Assembly (NCBI GenBank): GCA_963798485.1
Contig: CAWCTR010000010.1
Coordinates: 61,411 to 125,410 of the forward strand
Direction: 5' to 3'
DNA: 64,000 bases
DNA from: an uncultured delta proteobacterium
Lineage (GTDB): Bacteria; Desulfobacterota; Desulfomonilia; UBA1062
Below the pieces are notes generated by a model. That model saw nothing but the letters and a program-made list of their open reading frames with translations. It ran no database searches and was not told where the DNA came from. Below are positions 61,207-64,000 of the stretch, piece after piece (within the stretch, counting starts at the first letter, position 1; every line of letters begins with the position of its first letter). Made by a program: the position numbers and the translations under genes.

Positions 61207-62025
61207 TCAATACTTAGCTTTCTTCACTGCCTCCAAGATTGCCTTCATCGTAACACATCGTGCTAACCCAGCGTTATATGGTAAACTTGCGCTTAGCTTT
61301 CCATTATCATCGAAAAGAGTAATTGTATCATTTTGAAATGATGTAACCATGCCAATTAGTTTATTCTCTTTAGCTTTGAGAGAGAACACTGGAGAACCGC
61401 TATTTCCATGGCTAGCTACCCCATCCAATAAAAAATAGTCCTTTCCCGTAAACTGAGCAACTATGCCGAATCGTATGACCGGATGATTCTCGTCGTTTTC
61501 TATCCCAAGGGCAAGTGGATAACCCGGTATTATTACACTTCTTCCCTCGACTAGAGAGCTGTTATCGTCAAATATTTCTTTAGGAAAACTAATATTTTGT
61601 AATTTTAGATCCTCTTTTGGGTCACGCTTCGGTACCAAAATAGCGATATCGAGTGCAGGGTCAACATATGCAATGTCGCATGGAGCTCTGTGATAACCTT
61701 TGTCAGTATCGATTCCTATATATATAGGCTTCTCCAATTTCTCTGCTAACTGAACAATATGTTTGCATGTTACTGCCAGTAAAACATTGGGCTCACCATT
61801 AATCAAGAATCCCGTCCCAAGAGGCGCCCAAACGATCTTTCCATCTTTTGTAATCTCGCTGGGAAATTGTACGGCACATACTGCTTTTTTGAGAGCCTTT
61901 GATGCGTCTTCAATCCCCAAGAAAGGTACGGCATCGGCATATGGAAATTCTCTGTCGGCGCTTGCAACTTGATTCAGGCTTAAAATGAAAAGCAGGCAAA
62001 AGATAAGAGTCGCGTATGTTTTCAT
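61207..62025 (-). CDS. Secreted trypsin-like serine peptidase
   Basis: Signal peptide; GTGFLI, TCKH, DIAIL, HGNSGSPV triad; ATG 62025 behind GAGGAG. Confidence 0.85.
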   Translation of the reverse strand: MKTYATLIFCLLFILSLNQVASADREFPYADAVPFLGIEDASKALKKAVCAVQFPSEITKDGKIVWAPLGTGFLINGEPNVLLAVTCKHIVQLAEKLEKPIYIGIDTDKGYHRAPCDIAYVDPALDIAILVPKRDPKEDLKLQNISFPKEIFDDNSSLVEGRSVIIPGYPLALGIENDENHPVIRFGIVAQFTGKDYFLLDGVASHGNSGSPVFSLKAKENKLIGMVTSFQNDTITLFDDNGKLSASLPYNAGLARCVTMKAILEAVKKAKY

Positions 62026-62157
62026 TTTGTAGTTCTCCTCATAAACTAGATTAGCTATTTTGTGATGTGGAATCAAAGGTGTGTAATTACTTAATTTATA
62101 TTCTATATCATGATCATTATTTCAGTTCCATATCAGATTAAATATTTCTGCGATTTC

Positions 62158-64000
62158 GTGCGCCACGAAGGCGCGAAGAGGTAGTCTGAAAAGGCTACAT
62201 TGGAGCAGCCATGCTGCATGGAAGATGAGGGGAGGCCCCTCGGGATCGGGTTGCAGGATCAGATCCCAAACCGCCTGGCGCTGCGTGGGGATAAGATCCC
62301 AGGTGGTAAGCGGACCAGGAAAAGGCGAGGCAAGATCTCGTCAGGTGAGGACCAGGAAGGCGAACGTAAGTGAACCACTGATGAGCTGTCGAAAAGATAC
62401 AGACGTCATCGAAACCGGGCTACTTTATCGGGTCCGGGACAGAGTCTGGGGGGAACCTGTTTACTGCCCAGATGGTGACCGGCAGAAAGGTGGCGCGAGC
62501 CTGGTTCAGGCTTCCATGCGGAACGTGGGAACCTGGCGCTCTGATGCTAAGGGAGAAGTCGAAGTGGAGGCCCCACGAAGACGAGAGTACCGATGCAGAG
62601 CGCAGGGACGGATCAGCCCGTAATAGTGATGAAGTCCGGTAATGTGGATGGAGCGAAGGGGCTGAACTGTCCGGTCTTGTTCATGAGTCAACCAGCAATG
62701 GGAGGAGCTTATGGATAAGGCGAAGTCGTTTTGTATTTCCAAGCGCATTGTATGGGAAGCATACAAACGTGTCAAAGCGAATCGTGGTGCGGCCGGGGTT
62801 GATGGTCAGTCACTGAAGGCGTTTGAGAAGGATCTGAAGAACAACCTCTATAAGATCTGGAATCGGATGTCATCTGGGAGCTATTTACCGCCGCCGGTGA
62901 GGCTTGTTGAGATCCCGAAAGGGGATGGGAGGATGCGGCCGTTAGGCATACCGACGGTAGCGGACAGGATTGCACAGACAGTGGTCAAGATGACACTGGA
63001 GCCCGTGGTGGAGCCGAAGTTTCATCCGGATTCATACGGGTATCGACCTGGAAAGTCTGCATTAGATGCAATCGGAATGGCGCGAGAGCGCTGTTGGCGC
63101 ATGGATTGGGTGATAGATCTCGATATCAAAGGATTCTTTGATAACCTGGATCATGACCTGGTAATGAAGGCGGTGAAGTTTCATACGGACCTAACCTGGA
63201 TACATCTTTATGTGGAGCGGTGGCTGAAAGCACCGGTTCAATTATCGGATGGGACGGTAAAGGAACGGGGAACTGGAACGCCACAGGGAGGGGTGATCAG
63301 CCCCTTGCTGGCAAATATTTTTATGCACCATGCGTTTGACGACTGGATGCGGCGGAATCAGCCCGGTGTCCAGTTCGAGAGATATGCTGATGATGTGGTA
63401 ATCCACTGTGTAAGTCTGAGGCAGGCCAAAGAGGTGCTTGAAGCCGTGAGGAATCGCCTGAAGCAATGTGGATTGGAATTACACCCAACCAAGACGAAGA
63501 TGGTCTATTGCAAAGACGATAGCCGACGAGAGAATTTTGAGCCAAATACGTTCGACTTTCTCGGGTACACCTTTCAACCGAGGCAAGCCAAAAGCAACAA
63601 AGGCAGGTATTTCATTAGTTTTCTGCCAGCGATGAGCAACAAGGCGGCCACAGCGATCAGGCAAACCATTCGAGGATGGAGTCTGTCTGTGAACTGGAAT
63701 AATCAAACACTGGAAGCATTGGCACGATTCATAGATCCGTTTGTGCGGGGCTGGATGAACTACTATGGCCAGTTTTACCGTTCGAGATGTGTGTGTACTC
63801 TGAGGCATCTGAACAGAGTTCTCGTAAGATGGGTGATGAGGAAATACAAGCGGTTTAAACGCAGGCAACGAGCAGCGACCCACTGGTTGGGACGTATTGC
63901 AAAGCGGAATGTGGATTTATTCGTTCTGTGGAGCCTGGGCATTAAACCATCGGCTGGACAGTAGGAGCCGGATGAGTTGAGAGGCTCACGTCCGGTTCTG
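62158..64000 (+). mobile_element. Group II intron, RmInt1-like (bacterial class D); 3' end lies beyond the window
   Basis: 5' GTGCG at 62158; domain V GAGCCGGATGAGTTGAGAGGCTCACGTCCGGTTC at 63965 directly after the RT ORF. Confidence 0.9.
62711..63964 (+). CDS. ltrA: Group II intron reverse transcriptase/maturase without endonuclease domain
   Basis: GAAGVDG, RPLGIPTVADR, DIKGFFD, GTPQGGVISPLLAN, YADD, FDFLG, RGWMNYY. Confidence 0.95.
   Translation: MDKAKSFCISKRIVWEAYKRVKANRGAAGVDGQSLKAFEKDLKNNLYKIWNRMSSGSYLPPPVRLVEIPKGDGRMRPLGIPTVADRIAQTVVKMTLEPVVEPKFHPDSYGYRPGKSALDAIGMARERCWRMDWVIDLDIKGFFDNLDHDLVMKAVKFHTDLTWIHLYVERWLKAPVQLSDGTVKERGTGTPQGGVISPLLANIFMHHAFDDWMRRNQPGVQFERYADDVVIHCVSLRQAKEVLEAVRNRLKQCGLELHPTKTKMVYCKDDSRRENFEPNTFDFLGYTFQPRQAKSNKGRYFISFLPAMSNKAATAIRQTIRGWSLSVNWNNQTLEALARFIDPFVRGWMNYYGQFYRSRCVCTLRHLNRVLVRWVMRKYKRFKRRQRAATHWLGRIAKRNVDLFVLWSLGIKPSAGQ

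Noticed and set aside
62225-62623. 132-aa ORF upstream of the RT gene
   Set aside because: Lies within intron RNA domains I-III; similar spurious ORFs occur at 31542-32188
62711-63964. RT as a retron, DGR or defence RT
   Set aside because: Has group II intron 5' GTGCG, domain V and a maturase X domain; no template/variable repeat pair seen

Overview
Bacterial chromosome window; gene content suggests an anaerobic Desulfobacterota/deltaproteobacterial organism (inference). The backbone is housekeeping: acyl-CoA ligases, glpK, maf, fliS, aspartate aminotransferase, coaD, rsmD, nadCAB, rplU-rpmA-obgE-proBA-nadD-rsfS-rlmH, lepA, hemW and two glgP paralogues. Four accessory areas stand out. (1) 9.7-20.6 kb: a giant teneurin-like NHL/YD/RHS toxin gene split by one frameshift, two candidate immunity genes, then an orphan RHS fragment and a RAYT-type Y1 transposase. 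The duplicated DNA there has breakpoints at the termini of GAAA..GGGG inverted repeats with stuttered ends, suggesting HUH-transposase-driven shuffling of toxin DNA. (2) 28-32 kb: an IS110/IS1111 element with a circle-junction promoter and a candidate bridge-RNA donor guide, a deleted group II intron and a REP doublet. (3) 46.5-58.5 kb: a nine-gene cluster (Fe-ADH-SCP2 fusion, ferredoxin, acyl-ACP-reductase-like protein, hydrolases, WS/DGAT, phasin, HTH, ABC1 kinase) that reads as a wax-ester storage pathway. (4) 61-64 kb: a miniature copy of the IS110 right end in the same target sequence, a secreted trypsin-like peptidase and a RmInt1-like group II intron cut by the window edge. No tRNA, rRNA or CRISPR array was seen. 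All alignments and counts were done by eye.
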